This document shows positions 39,008-51,982 of a stretch of 64,000 bases of DNA, piece by piece. A model generated the notes under the pieces. The model had not been told where the DNA came from, did not search any database, and saw nothing but the letters and a program-made list of their open reading frames with translations. The translations under genes and the position numbers were made by a program. Positions within the stretch are counted from its first letter, which is position 1. Each line of letters begins with the position of its first letter. The DNA lies in the NCBI GenBank assembly GCA_022813865.1, contig JALDZX010000010.1, forward strand, positions 1 to 64,000, in the 5' to 3' direction. This DNA is from Xylographa opegraphella. Taxonomy: Eukaryota.

Positions 39008-39844
39008 CTAGACGCGCTCGCTCAGCCATATGGCGCCTCTGCATCCGCCGCGGATGACGCCCGTCAGCAACTCATACCCCTCGGCCGTCTTCGCGCCCCC
39101 CTCCACCGCCGTGTCCAGATGCTCGAGCTCCTCATCCCGGATGCGCTTCAGCGTCTCCACCAGCTCCCGCACCTCCTCGCCCACCTCCTCCCCCCCTTCC
39201 TCCATCTCCTTCATCCACGCCAGCAGCACGCGCACCTGCCCGTTGTAGTGGCCGCCGATCTCGGTCTCCACGGCCTCCGTGCACGCCATCGCCGCCTCCC
39301 GCCCCATCAGCGCCGTCGACCACCCGAGGAAAGAGGCCGCCGCCGTCCAGACGGGGGTGAGCGCCGTGGGCCGGATACGGTGCTTGGCGAGCAAGGCATT
39401 GAAGTTGGCGAAGTGGCCCGCTTCTTGCGCGTACATGTGCTGCATGAGCGGGAGGAGGGAGGGGTGCGCGCGCGTGAGGGGTGGTGTTTGCGCGGTGTAG
39501 ATGAGCGTGGCGGCTAGTTCGCCGGCTTGGTTGACTCGGAGCTGGAGTTGGGGATGGTTAGGATGATGAGGACTGGGTTGGTTGTCTTGGAGAAGGGGAC
39601 CTACAGCGCTGTCGAGGAATTGGCGCTGTTCTTGGCTAAGCGGACGGCGCCGTTTGGCGGATGATGGGGTTTTGAGAGCCTCAGGCTGTGGCTCGGTGGA
39701 TGGAGGGAGGGAGGAGGTGGTTATGGAGGCTTGTGCAGCTCTGGAGGCTGCGAGACGAGTGAGACTTGGGACTAGGAATGGCAGGATTGGACTCCGGTTG
39801 AGTTGAGAGCGTGCGAGAGTGCGGAGGGCGGAGGCGGCGTTCAT
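39008..39844 (-). CDS. COQ7: 5-demethoxyubiquinone hydroxylase (di-iron)
   Basis: LRVNQAGELAA, QEAGH, AMACTEAVETEIGGHYNGQ, RDEELEHLD; mitochondrial presequence; intron 39604-39542. Confidence 0.95.
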   Translation of the reverse strand: MNAASALRTLARSQLNRSPILPFLVPSLTRLAASRAAQASITTSSLPPSTEPQPEALKTPSSAKRRRPLSQEQRQFLDSAVGPLLQDNQPSPHHPNHPQLQLRVNQAGELAATLIYTAQTPPLTRAHPSLLPLMQHMYAQEAGHFANFNALLAKHRIRPTALTPVWTAAASFLGWSTALMGREAAMACTEAVETEIGGHYNGQVRVLLAWMKEMEEGGEEVGEEVRELVETLKRIRDEELEHLDTAVEGGAKTAEGYELLTGVIRGGCRGAIWLSERV

Positions 39845-40383
39845 GGTTCGGAGACGTTGGTTGAGTCGGTATTGAAAGCTATCAGAGGCCAATGAGCAAT
39901 CATGTAAGGAACGCCGATCAATACAAAGTATCGAGAGGGTTGTGTTGAGCGTTGTGTTGAATTGTGTTGATGGACTCGAATTGTTTAATGCGCATCATCG
40001 TGAATGATACTCTTCCGTAGTAGAACAACGCTATGATTTAGCCCTCTGATCCCTGTCGCGGTTATTGATTGGCGCTTTGACACGTGCTTGGCGCAGTCGA
40101 TGGCATTCACTTCGACAAGGCTGGACTATTCTTCACTCTCACGACATTCACAGGAGAACTTTGCACGCTAACAACTACTCACGAGCCGATAACATCTTAA
40201 TACTTTCCTTTTGAACGTTATTTCCCTTAAACCTCCATCCTTACTTTGCTCCGCAGACCAACAATCACTTTTTATTCAGCCGAATCTAATTTCCTTTCTA
40301 GAATATCACATCTATCAAAGCTATACTTCTGCGTATATCTATTGAATCTTTCATTACGATCGAGAACCCCAAACACCGCGAGA

Positions 40384-42454
40384 ATGGCCGACCTCGACGC
40401 GGAGTTGCTTGCTCTTGCAGGAGGTGATTCCAGTGATGAAGAATCTCCAATGCCAACAACCACTACCACCAAGGCGGAATCTCCTCAGTCCTCATCCGGC
40501 TCTCCTACCGAAAATGTAAGTAGCACATCTGCGACCAAGGCTACCGCGCCCCAGAGGCAGTCAAGCAAGCCCAAGGCTGGCGCCAAAAAAGCCACAAAGA
40601 AGACAAAGCGTGACGAGTCTGAAGAAGAAGGAGAAGCGTACGTCTTATATATTCTCTTCCAGCATTGCGGATTCTCTTTGGTGGATCAGTCTAATGGAAG
40701 CTTCCAGGTCTTCTGCGGCTAGCTCTCCTAACTCTCTCGATTCTGCCCCTATGTCCGAATCGGATGCAGATGCAGGTCCTGCTGTTGGTGAAGATACGGA
40801 CGATACTCTCTTCCCGGTTGACAATAAGTTCTATTCCGAAAAAGACAAAGCTGAAATTATGGCCCTGCCTGAAGTTCGCCGCGAGCAGATCCTTGCTGAG
40901 CGTGCAGTTGTGTTAGAGCGGAAGCAACAAGATCAAATCCTCCGCCGTCTTTACCAGAACTATCAAGGCAAAGATGGGGATAAACCCAAGGGACATGAGC
41001 TTAAGAAGCGCAAAGCCGGGAGTACCGACCTTGAAGATGTCCAGCGCAAGAGTTCGCGTCAGAAGACCACGCTTGGTGGACGTAAGGTCGGAGAGACATC
41101 CGATGCTATGGAAGCATACAAACGGCAGCGTGAGATGAAGGGGGCTATGGCAGAACAGAGGAAGACTGAAATAGCCGAGCGGAAAGCTCGCAAAGGCCGT
41201 GGATCTTCGTCGGTCGGATCGGAAGCCGATGCTTATGGAGAGAGCGAGGTCGAATGGGATAACGGCAAGCCTCGTGCTGGTCGTCGTTCGGAGTCTGCAC
41301 CTCGCGACATTCCTGTCGCCGAGCAGATTGACTTTGAACATGTTCGTGTCGGCAGAGACAACTTTGCCAAGGTCTGCTACTATCCTGGCTTTGATGAGAC
41401 TATCAAGGATTGTTTCGTTCGAGTTTGCATTGGACCTGACAAAGCTACGGGCGAGAATGTTTATCGTATGGCATCGATCAAAAGTTTGTACACGCTATCC
41501 CTATAAATTTCGAACAAGAAGCTCATACCCTACTAGAATTCACCGAAGGACGACCCTATGCTATTGAAGGACCCAACGGCAAATTATTCACCACAAGTCA
41601 GTATGTCCTAGTTGCTGTTGGCAAAGCTGAAAAGGAATGGCCATTTATTGCCTGCTCTAATTCCAAATTTACTGTGGTACGTCGTGTTTATGCTTTGCTG
41701 TAGCCTCAACTAATCATCATAGCGCGAGTATGAACGTTGGAAGAAAACCATGGCTGCTGATGGTCTCACCGTTCCAACCAAGGCTTCTCTTATCCAGAAG
41801 GTTGACGCAATAAACAAACTCATCAACCATCGCTTTACGGACGCGGAAATCCAGGAGAAACTCGTTCGGTCGGGCGTCCTCCAGCGCAAGAACAACTCAA
41901 TCGAGCGCGCAAGTCTGCTCACTCGGCGCGAACAAGCCAGAGTGGACGGCAATCAAGAGCTCGTGTACCAGATCGATGCCAAACTGCTCGAGCTTGAAGG
42001 CCCCAAGCTAGCATTCGGCACCAGCGTTCTCAAGAAAGTCGTCGTGCCCAAAGGCCTCACCCAGCAGGAGCGTCTGGGCGAGATCAACCGTGCGAACCGC
42101 AAAGCCAACACCATCCACGTCCGCAAAGCGCAGCAGAAAGAGCGCAGGGCCGAGATGCTCAACCGGGCCGCCATCGCTCGCGGAGAGGCGGTTCCGAACC
42201 CCTTTGCGCGCGTCAAGGTCATGGCCAAGATCCACCACGATGTCAACGAGCACCTCAAGGTGCCTACGGCGGCAAAAGATGACCTTTTCAGCGGCAGCGA
42301 GGGCGGTTCGAGAGCGGCTACCCCGGGGAAAGATGCTTCTCCGCACAAGGCTTCGTCGCCGCCTAGGAGCTCCGAGTGGCTCGTCATGCCGCAGCATCTG
42401 GAAGAGGAGGAGTTTCTCAAGAATATGGACTTTGGGATTGATATCGAGGTTTAG
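40384..42454 (+). CDS. RTF1: Paf1 complex subunit Rtf1 (Plus3 domain)
   Basis: MADLDAELLALAG, ALPEVRREQILAER, FVRVCIG...YRMA (Plus3), NPFARVK, C-terminal DFGIDIEV. Three introns. Confidence 0.92.
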
Positions 42455-42869
42455 GCCTCGGGTGTGCCGCCGCCGCCGCCCTTGTGGTTGTTTCTTTTGC
42501 GCTTGAGGTACTTTGTATATATATGTTTTAATGACAGCATAGCAATGGGCGCGGGTTTGATCGGTACTGTTTTTCGTTTGTTGGCTGCGGCTGGGTTGAA
42601 TGTGTATGGCCAAGCGTCTCCCTCTTCCCTTCGAGTTATCGAAGAGGTCTTTCGCACGCTTCTTATGCGAATGGTGCGGTTGTGACAGGGATGTATCGCG
42701 GCCCTCTCTCTCTCTTCTCGTGCCTTACTTCATCTCCGTCCCAACCGCCCCCAGCGCCGCCGCTTCGGCCGCCCGCTCATCACAATAAACACCCCTCACG
42801 CCCCCCACCCACCGAAACCCGCGCTGAACATCGAACGGCCCTCTCCTACAATCCCTCCCCCCCGCCCCC

Positions 42870-43260
42870 CTATTACCATATCGCCGATTACCCGCAGCGG
42901 CCCTGACCGCGCCGGACTCATCACCTCCACCCCCGGCTCTCTCTGCGGCTCAAGAAGCCATAGAGAGGGAGGGCATTGTACGACGCGGCAAATTGATCAT
43001 AGTGTCGCGTGTTTGGGTCGGGGCGTTGGATCGCGGGAGTGGGGATAGTTGTGTTGCGCGAGGGGGAGAGGCGCGAGCGAAGATGAAAAGCGCGCTCGGT
43101 TGACCCCAGCCGCGCGTGGGCCGTTATTCATCATCCCTCATTGCCTCTATTCGCTACTCCGAAGCAGCATGGGCGGTGCTCTTGAATAGTCCGCGTCCGG
43201 GAGGCTTGGGATCTATCCTCGACGCGGAGAAGTTTGGTAGTGTTGCGGGGGGAATGTATT
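42870..43260. ncRNA. Candidate structured non-coding RNA, family unknown
   Basis: Helices 42900-42908/43016-43024, 42937-42942/42962-42967, 42947-42950/42956-42959, 42981-42986/43002-43007, 43097-43102/43107-43112, 43191-43197/43221-43227. Most G-U pairs favour the plus strand. Confidence 0.3.
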
Positions 43261-44174
43261 GTGGTGCGAGAGCTGGGGAGAGAGGGGATGGCAAGGCGGG
43301 GGTGAGGATGCGGACGGGGGTTGAGGTTGAGGTCGGAGGTTGGGAGCTGGAGGTTGGTGTGGTGGTGGGAGGGCTGGGGGGGTTCTTTGGGGGGCTGTTA
43401 AGAGAAGGGGGAGAGAGGGGGATAAGGGTCCGATGTGGTTGGTGTATCTGGGTGTATAGATGGTGAGATGGGAGATGTGAGAAATAGTTTCTGGTAGAGG
43501 AGATGGGGAAGATAGGTGGTGGTTGAGAGGATGGGCAGAATACAGCGGAACTGGCGACATTTGGGGAGCGCGTAACAGGCTCGTAGGATTTGCTGCAATG
43601 GATAAAACTTCCCCGTGGACGATCGAATCACGCGAGCCCGTATCGGCAAGAAGAGCGAGAAGTATGACATTCTTTTTGCGCTGCTACTCGTGACAAATAC
43701 ACTCGGTTGCTATCTATCCATCCAATCGTCCGTCAGCCAGTCCAGGCAATATAGCTAGAGCAAACAACATCGAAGCCAGAAAAAAAAAAGAACCATCCGT
43801 CTCGGAAAGGAGAATCGATCGACTCGTCGTGCAGCGTTTTCTCCACCGTGGTTATTATCGCCATCATATATCGGTTGCAGCGAGAAGCATCTGCTGCAAC
43901 GAACAGGTTCCACTCTACCGGTAAAGCAGCAGTAGACGTTCATGTAATTTATGCTACCCATTAACGTAGTACTGACATCGGGGTAAACAGGTTCTGATGC
44001 CCGGGGAATGGTTCCGAAACGCCGTGGAGATGCTTTGTGTTTGGAGAACGGCGTTGAAAGGGACTGCTGCACAGACTGTACTTTCAAAGCGTTGAAAATC
44101 CGATGTATAGTAATAAGAAGTTATAGAGACCATTGGCTACAAAACACTCTTCCCGTGAGTGGTCGTCCTTCGAC

Positions 44175-45913
44175 TCAAAGTGGCTGGCCTTCCCCGTTAG
44201 GATACACTGGGTTCATCCCACCAGTTCGTCGTGAATACATTCTCGCGTTTCCGGTGGGAGGCATTGGGAGTGGACCTCCGGGCGGCGGTGCGGGCCTTAT
44301 GGGCATGGTCATTGGCTGTATATAACTATTCTCATGGTCCCTTGGCCGACCGTGAGACAAGACGCTCGTACTCGATGTCCGCGGAGGGAAGTTAGGCCGT
44401 TCCATCGGACTTTGGCCATGGAATATGCCGTTCGAACCATTGATTTCGGCGGAGACCACCCGAGACACGGGCTCTGGATTGTAAGAGGTGGAGCCGGCAC
44501 TGCTAACTGATGTTGGAGCATAGGATGTTGAGCTGGCGCTGCTCGTTCCAATAGGGATTTCACCGCTGGTAGGAGTCTTTGAGTCTGTTGTATCCCTTGA
44601 TGGAGACTGGCCGCTACTAAACGGACCTTCACTTTTGAGAAGAGCCTGAGTAGCCGGAGAAAGCGGCGCTGTGAGGTGTGATTTCCGATTCGACCTTTGC
44701 ATCATTTCGACCGCCCAAGCTTCTAGATCGACCGGAGTACGTTTGGCAGCTTGGATGAAATTATCAAGGTCCTGATACAGCGTCAGTGACATACTTTGGG
44801 GAGTTGGAAGTATCGAAGGAATGCTTACGTATAGTTCACGAGGTGTCGGACGTTCATCCTGGTTGTTACGTAGACACGATTGGATCATCTCGTCAAGGAT
44901 GGCAGGGAATGCGGAACTTTTGGGAAGTTTTGGTGGTGGCTCATGGACGATTTGTTGGAGCAAGTCAAGGATGCCGGAAGGACCAGCCTCTCGTCCTCCT
45001 GCTGCTGTCTCACTTGCATCGAATGGGAATCTTCCGATCGCAAGCTCCATCACTGTCAAGCCGACACTCCAAACATCCGACTTGATCGAATACTTCGCAC
45101 CCTGTATCCGCTCTGGCGCCATATACGTGGACGTGCCCACGAAAGTATCCGCGATTGAATTGACCAATTCACCAGAAACACCAAAATCGCAGAGCTTGAT
45201 GTGGCCCCGGGTGTTGACGAGGACATTGGAAGGCTTTATATCGCGGTGCATGATCCGGTGGTTGTCGTAGAGATAGTTGAGCCCGCTCAGAATAGCAACC
45301 GTTATCTTTCCAAGCACATCAACACGAACTGGCCCAAAGTCTTTCGATATCCGGTCCAAAGATCTTCGAATCATTAGCTGCGCTCGGTAGCGGATCCATG
45401 TGGAGTCCCTCGTACCCACAGTCCATATATTCCATACACATGATCACGTCGCCTGTATCGTTGAGGAAGGCACCATAGAAGGTGACGATGTGTGCTGAGT
45501 TGCAGTCCTTCATGATATGCAACTCCCGTACAATCTGCTTCCGCACAGTTTCTTTGGCCTCGACATGGATCACCTAACGGGAGGGCTCAGTCTCTATCTA
45601 CAGGCCGGTATGACTGGATCTCACGACGTACCTTCCTCGCCATTACCACTTTCGTGGCTGGGTGCATAACCTTACTCACCGTGCCTCCGTTACCCGCACC
45701 CAGCTCTCGCAGAACAATCAGCTCATCCTTTTGTAGGTCGAGCTGGAATTCCACCCCGATTTCCAAAGTCTCTTTGTTCGTACCGCTATTTCCAATGGCT
45801 CCAGGTATTTGAGAATCACCTGCAGACGGCTCGGCGGGCTTCGGAGACGGTGCACTCAGCGCCAGCCCTTTGACGTTTTTGCGCTTCATGGTCCTCGTCT
45901 TGAAGTCCGACAT
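44175..45913 (-). CDS. STE7: MAP kinase kinase Ste7
   Basis: N-terminal MAPK docking MKRKNVKGLAL; LGAGNGGTV; HRDIKPSNVL; DFGVSGELVNSIADTFVGTSTYMAPERI. Three introns. Confidence 0.95.
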
Positions 45914-46312
45914 GGTGATGGTGTGGAAGATTAGCAATTCCCGGAGGCGGTTCTTGATTCGCACAAAGCAACACAAAAAAAGGCCAGAGCTCCAGAGAGC
46001 TGGCCTGACGACTAAGGGACTCGATGAGCAGGGCTTGTACCTGGTTGGCGGATTCGATCAGGGTGCGAGTGAAGTACTCGGTAGCGCGACGCAGAAGTCA
46101 GATTGGTGTCAGGAGGACTGTCGTGAAGCAGCACACATAGCCTAAGCCGTGAGCGAGGACGAGATCCAAGGACTGAGACGAGCGATGATCAGCAGTGGGA
46201 GATGCAGACTTGACGCTTCACGAAGAGAGCCAAAGCAGTAAGCTCTATCACAGTCCAGTAGCCTAACTAGGGCAAAAGTGGAAGCAGTTTATTGCAGCAC
46301 TTTTCATAGTAG

Positions 46313-46337
46313 AGGACTCTACAGCCTGTAGAGTCCT
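46313..46337. repeat. Perfect 12-bp inverted repeat with 1-nt spacer
   Basis: AGGACTCTACAG-C-CTGTAGAGTCCT in the STE7/SPT6 divergent intergenic region. Confidence 0.9.
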
Positions 46338-47492
46338 TTGATGGGCCGCCTAAGACCTACTCTGTACAGGGGGGTTTCCAGGCGTCTACTCTAACTAGCT
46401 CCTGAGCCGGGGCTCGGGTTCTGGCGGGGCAATTCAGAGGAGCGTTCAAGGGACGGCTAACAATAGATCTCTGCGCCTCCGCCACGTTTGGAGCAGCCCC
46501 CATCCACTCACCGTCTGGAGGGTCATAGGCTTGATCCTGATTAGACACCTACTCTGAACGACTGTGGAGATCCCTGCCGTGTGATTCCTTTCATTGACCA
46601 CCAAGCAGACACACTTGATCTCGACATGACAAGGTCATCTGGACGATCGATAGGACCGATGCCTGGCTCCAAGGTTACTGAACACAGCTGCTGTGCTCAT
46701 GGTCTTCCTTGCCGTGAGGTCAACGCCAAATCTCCTATCCTGCGACGCCGCGATGCACGAGCCCTGAGGACAAGGCTGTGACTCAAAGTCCGTAAGTGTC
46801 ATGTTCCATAATAGTAGTGCACCCAGGTTCTCTCGCACCTACTGCAGTCGCTCTTGGAGATGATTCGTGTTTCGAAACAGCATCAGGAAGTGAAACAATT
46901 GGTTTGGCATGTATCCGTACGGAGGCTACCCAAAACTGGATAGCTTCATAGCCGTTCATCATTCGAAGGTGAAATATAGACAATAGAGAACCTGCTTCTG
47001 TCCAGAAATACGACAAACCAGCAGGAAATGGATGTAGAACGTGGACAAAAAGTAGTCTGCCGTCGTGTACTGCAGACCTCCAGAATTGCTCACGATATCC
47101 ATAAAACACGGTGAGATACACATTGTAACTTCCGAGGAAATCGATGCGATCTTGAGTGGTTTCTATGATCCTGGACTTGTGCATCAGTCACTGGGGATGT
47201 GAGGTCGTTCACTAGAAAGGGACCTGGCCGCTGCGAAACATTGGCTCATTGGGTACATCTTCCAATATTTCAGCCACATCTACTGTGTGGCTGGGATGAC
47301 TAAGCGATTATCGCGCCTGTGGCTTTCCTGTCCGCGATTTTGAACCGACCCAATATTTCTGAGCACCGACTGAGAGAGGAACAGCATTCACAACATAATT
47401 TGCGCACTCAACACGCAAGAAGTGAGTTCGTTGCCAGAGGCTGGACAACGTCCGTTTGGGTGCCCCCATTCTTATCCCGAACCCACACCGCA

Positions 47493-50400
47493 ATGAGTGC
47501 GTTGTACAACCTCATACAAGGGGAGGCGGATGTGGCAGATGAATCTGACGATGAGTCCTTCGATGAGGAGACTGGCGAGGTCAGACGGAAGGCAAACGGC
47601 ACAAACGGTGTCAATGGACATCTGGACGATTCCAGTGAGGAGGAAGATGACGACGACGAAGAAGCCGCCCGTGCTGTATGTGCCCCAGTCAAAGTCGATT
47701 TGGCTTCAAGGAGCGTGTCCCTAATACAATTTCGATTTTTAGATTAGGGAAGGCTTTATAGTCGAAGATGAGGAAGAACCCGAGGAACGAGCGCGACGCA
47801 GGAAGGAGAAGAGAAAGCGTAGGAGAGAGGAGCGCGAGGAGGAGGAAGCGGGATTGGACGACGAAGACCTCGACTTGATCGGGGAGAATATCCCGGGCTA
47901 TGAGCGTCGCGCCCCTAGTGAAGTATATCAATTTGCTCCCTACGCAGGTTCGGGATGCTGACCGTTCCCACAGCCGAAGCTGAAGCGGTTGAAGCGCGGG
48001 CACAAGGAAGAGACCGAAGAACGATTACCTCGTGGTGTTAATGACATCTTTGACTCGGACGACGAAGAGGACAACCAGCGAGCCTTTGAGGATCGACGTC
48101 AGAATATACGTGGTGTCCCGGACGAGTTCGCGGACTTTATCGAGCAAGATTTCTCGGAGGGCGAGGGCCGCGAATTAGAAGATGACGATGCTGAGGTGGC
48201 AAGGACGGTGCGAAAGGGTCTTGGCGCTGTGAAAGATACCGCAGGTCTGGACGAGGCCGCACTTGAAGATTTAAAGGAAGCTTTTGGTGATGGAGGGGAA
48301 TATGATTGGGCGTTGGAGCTACAAGAACAAGAGGACCAAGACGATCGCCGGGGTGATGCTGAGTACCCGGACGCCTTGTCCAAGGCCATTGAGCTTAAAG
48401 ACGTTTTCGAACCTTCCCAACTTGCCGAAAGAATGTTGACTGACGAGGACAACGAGATTCGGGCTGTCGATGAACCGGAACGCTTCCAAATAGCTCGCAA
48501 ACCCTACAAGCATCTTGTTCTCACCGACGAGCAGTTTAGGGAAGAATCCATATGGATCTCAAACCTGATGTGGCCCAAGAAAAGGCTTGAACCTGATCTT
48601 CGAGAACCGTTTCAGAAGTCGGTTGCCAAGGTTCTCGAGTTCATGATTACAGACGAATACGAAGTCCCATTCATCTTCCAGCACCGCAAAGATTATCTCA
48701 TCCATGCCGCCAAGGTCCATGTTACTCCTGATCCTTACAACCCCAACGGCCCCGAGTACGTTGTGAGCGCAGAAAAGCTGTTGAACCAATCGGACTTGTG
48801 GGAAATATTCGATTTGGACCTCAAATTTCGAGCGCTCATCGACAAACGGAACGCTTTACAAAAGACTTATGACAACCTCAAAGCCGTTTCTAGTATACAG
48901 GATGAGGTTTTCGAAGAGATGCTGCCTATGGCAGTCACAATGGAGGAGCTGCAGGACGTCCAAGATTACTTGCATTTCCAGCATTCTTCCCGATTGGCCG
49001 ACATGGCCATCGTGAACGGTACTACCACCAATGGAACTCAGCGACGGCCTGGTGCCTCGAGGATGATTTTTGAGAGGATTCGTAATGGTAAAGTCTACAG
49101 CCTTGTCCGTGCTTTTGGTATTACAGCCGATGCATTTGCACAGAACGCCCTCAAGAGGGAAGGAAGGCGGCAATACACAGAAGATCCAACAGAACGACCT
49201 GATGACATGGCGAATAGTGAGACAATATTGGATCCTCCTGATTACTCTTCGGGACCTCAGTGTCTCAGAGCTGCGAAGGCCATGTTTGCAGAAGAAATAT
49301 CTCTCAGTCCTAAGATGCGGAAAGTAATGCGACAGACTTACTATATGAATGGGGTCATCGGGTGCTTTCGAACCGAGAAAGGTCTTAAAAAGATTGATGA
49401 ACAGCATCCATACTACGAATTCAAGTACCTAAGGAATCAACAGCTAAGTGACATAGCAAGGCAGCCGGACCTATTCCTAAGGATGCTTCGTGCCGAAGAA
49501 GAAGGGCTCGTTGAGGTCAAAGTTCAACTACAGAACTACGACAATTTCAAGAAGAGGTTATACACAGATATAGAGTCAGACAACTTCAGTGAAGTTGCCG
49601 ATGCTTGGAATCGAGAGCGACGAAGTGCCCTCGATATGGCACTTCTGAAACTAGACAAGATTATGGCACGAGGCGTCAAGGAAAATATGAAAACGGAGTG
49701 CGAAAACCAGGTTGCCAAATCATGCCGGGAAGAGTATCTAAAGAAGTTAGATCAGGCTCCATACAAACCAAAGGGAATGATGTTGGGCACTGTCCCAAGG
49801 GTACTAGCCCTTTCCAACGGCACTGGTACATTTGGTAAAGAGGCTATATGCTGGGCGTGGGTCGAGGAGGACGGTCGAGTACTTGAGAATGGCAAATTTA
49901 TTGACATCACAGTTGGAGATCCAGAGAAGAATATTAAGGATGGCGCCGACCTCGAAGCGTTTGTTGAGCTTGTCACGAGGCGAAGGCCAGATGTGATCGG
50001 TGTATCTGGGTTCTCAGCTGAGAGCCGCCGGCTCTATGATCAGCTGGACGACATTGTCAAAAAAAGAAATCTTCGTGGAGCAGAATACGAGAACGAAGAT
50101 GGACAAGACGTAAGCGACCCACTGGAGGTGGTCATTGTCAATGATGAGGTCGCACGTTTGTACCAGACAAGCGATCGAGCAACAATGGAACACCCTGGGT
50201 TTGCACCTCTGACAAAGTACTGTGTTGCATTGGCGAAGTACTTGCAAAACCCCATGAAAGAGTACGCATCGCTTGGTCGAGATATCGGGTCATTATCTTT
50301 TGATGCTAGCCAGCAGTACGTTCCAGAGGAGAAGATTCTGAAACAGCTAGAAACAGCTATGGTTGACATGGTAAATCTCTGTGGAGTGGACATCAACGAA

Positions 50401-51982
50401 GCAGTGAGCGACCCCTACACCGCCAATCTCTTATCCTATATCTGTGGTCTTGGTCCAAGAAAGGCATCTCAAGTCTTGAAAGCAATTAACCTTAATGGAG
50501 GCGTTGTCTCGACAAGAGCGGAGCTGGTTGGTGATGCTGATCAACATCGACTACCAGCGGTCGGTCCTCGAGTCTGGAACAATTGTGCAAGTTTCCTTTA
50601 CATCGAGTTTGATATCACCGAGCAAGACTCTGACTACCTTGACAATACTCGTGTTCACCCTGAAGATTATGAACTTGGTCGCAAAATGGCAGCTGACGCA
50701 CTTGAACTTGACGAAGAAGATATCCAGGCAGAGCAACAAGAGAATGGCGATGGTGCTATTGTCCGGAAACTCATCAAGGACGAAGCTCAGGAAAAGGTTA
50801 ACGATCTTATTCTTGAGGAATACGCCGAACAGCTGGAGCGTAATTTCAATCAACGCAAACGTGCCACTCTCGAGACTATCCGTGCGGAACTTCAACAACC
50901 TTACGAAGAGCTTCGGCGGAATTTTGCCATCCTCACTACAGATGAAGTATTCACCATGTTTACCGGTGAGACTCGCGAGTCCCTTTGTGAAGGCATGATC
51001 GTACCGATGTCGATCAAGCGAGTGTCGGACGACTCAATCGAAGGCAAGCTTGACTGCGGCATCACTGGTACCGTGGCACCGGAGGACATCTCGACTCGAA
51101 TGGAAGGATCCGCGAAAGCGTACTTCTCGCCTCACCAGACTGTACAGGCGAAGGTCATGAGTCTCACACGCAAGACCCTGACCGCCCGAATGTCACTCCT
51201 GGAAGAACAATTGCGCAGGCCGTATCGGAAAGACATCGACAGAATGAGCGACGAGTGGGATGAACGTCAGGAACAGAAAGACAAGGAGAGCATGCAAATC
51301 AAGAACGACGTCTCCGGTCGGACCCAACGTGTCATCAAACATCCGCTCTTCCGCTCCTTCAATGCTGCCCAGGCCGAGGAGTATCTGGGCTCGCAGGCCC
51401 GTGGTGACGTGGTCATTCGTCCGTCGTCGAAAGGCCTCGACCATCTCGCGGTCACCTGGAAGGTTTCCGACAATGTTTATCAGCACATTGACGTACTGGA
51501 ACTCGACAAGGAGAACGAGTTCTCCGTCGGCAAGACCCTCAAGATCGGTGGCCGCTACAGCTACAGCGATTTGGACGAACTGATCGTCAACCACGTCAAG
51601 GCGATGGCTCGCAAGGTGGATGAGATGATGCTGCACGAGAAGTATCAGAACGGGAGCAAAGCGGATACCGGTGAGTGTTCCCGCTCATCCCCCCCCCCTC
51701 AAGCACTCAAAACTAATCCGCACGCCCACAGAGCGATGGTTAACCACCTACACGGAAGCCAACCCGAAACGGTCGGTGTACAACTTCTGCATCAACCCCA
51801 AGAACCCGGGCTACTTCTTCCTCTGCTTCAAGAACGGGCAGAACGCCCAGGTGCAGAACTGGCACGTCAAGGTCATCCCCGGCGCGTTCGAGCTGCGCCG
51901 CATCCCGTACCAGGATATGCGCGCGCTGTGCAACGGCTTCAAGCTGCTGTTCACGAACATGCAGAACGAGAAACGGAGATGA
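47493..51982 (+). CDS. SPT6: Transcription elongation factor / histone chaperone Spt6
   Basis: Acidic N-terminus, DEPERFQ, YqgF-like and HhH (GLGPRKA), [12 protein letters not shown]1, tandem SH2 (RVIKHPLF...IRPSSKG). Last intron 51671-51731. Confidence 0.97.

Noticed and set aside
42937..42985. U1 snRNA
   Set aside because: Loop-like words are present, but there is no 5' ACUUACC, no stem II and no Sm site.
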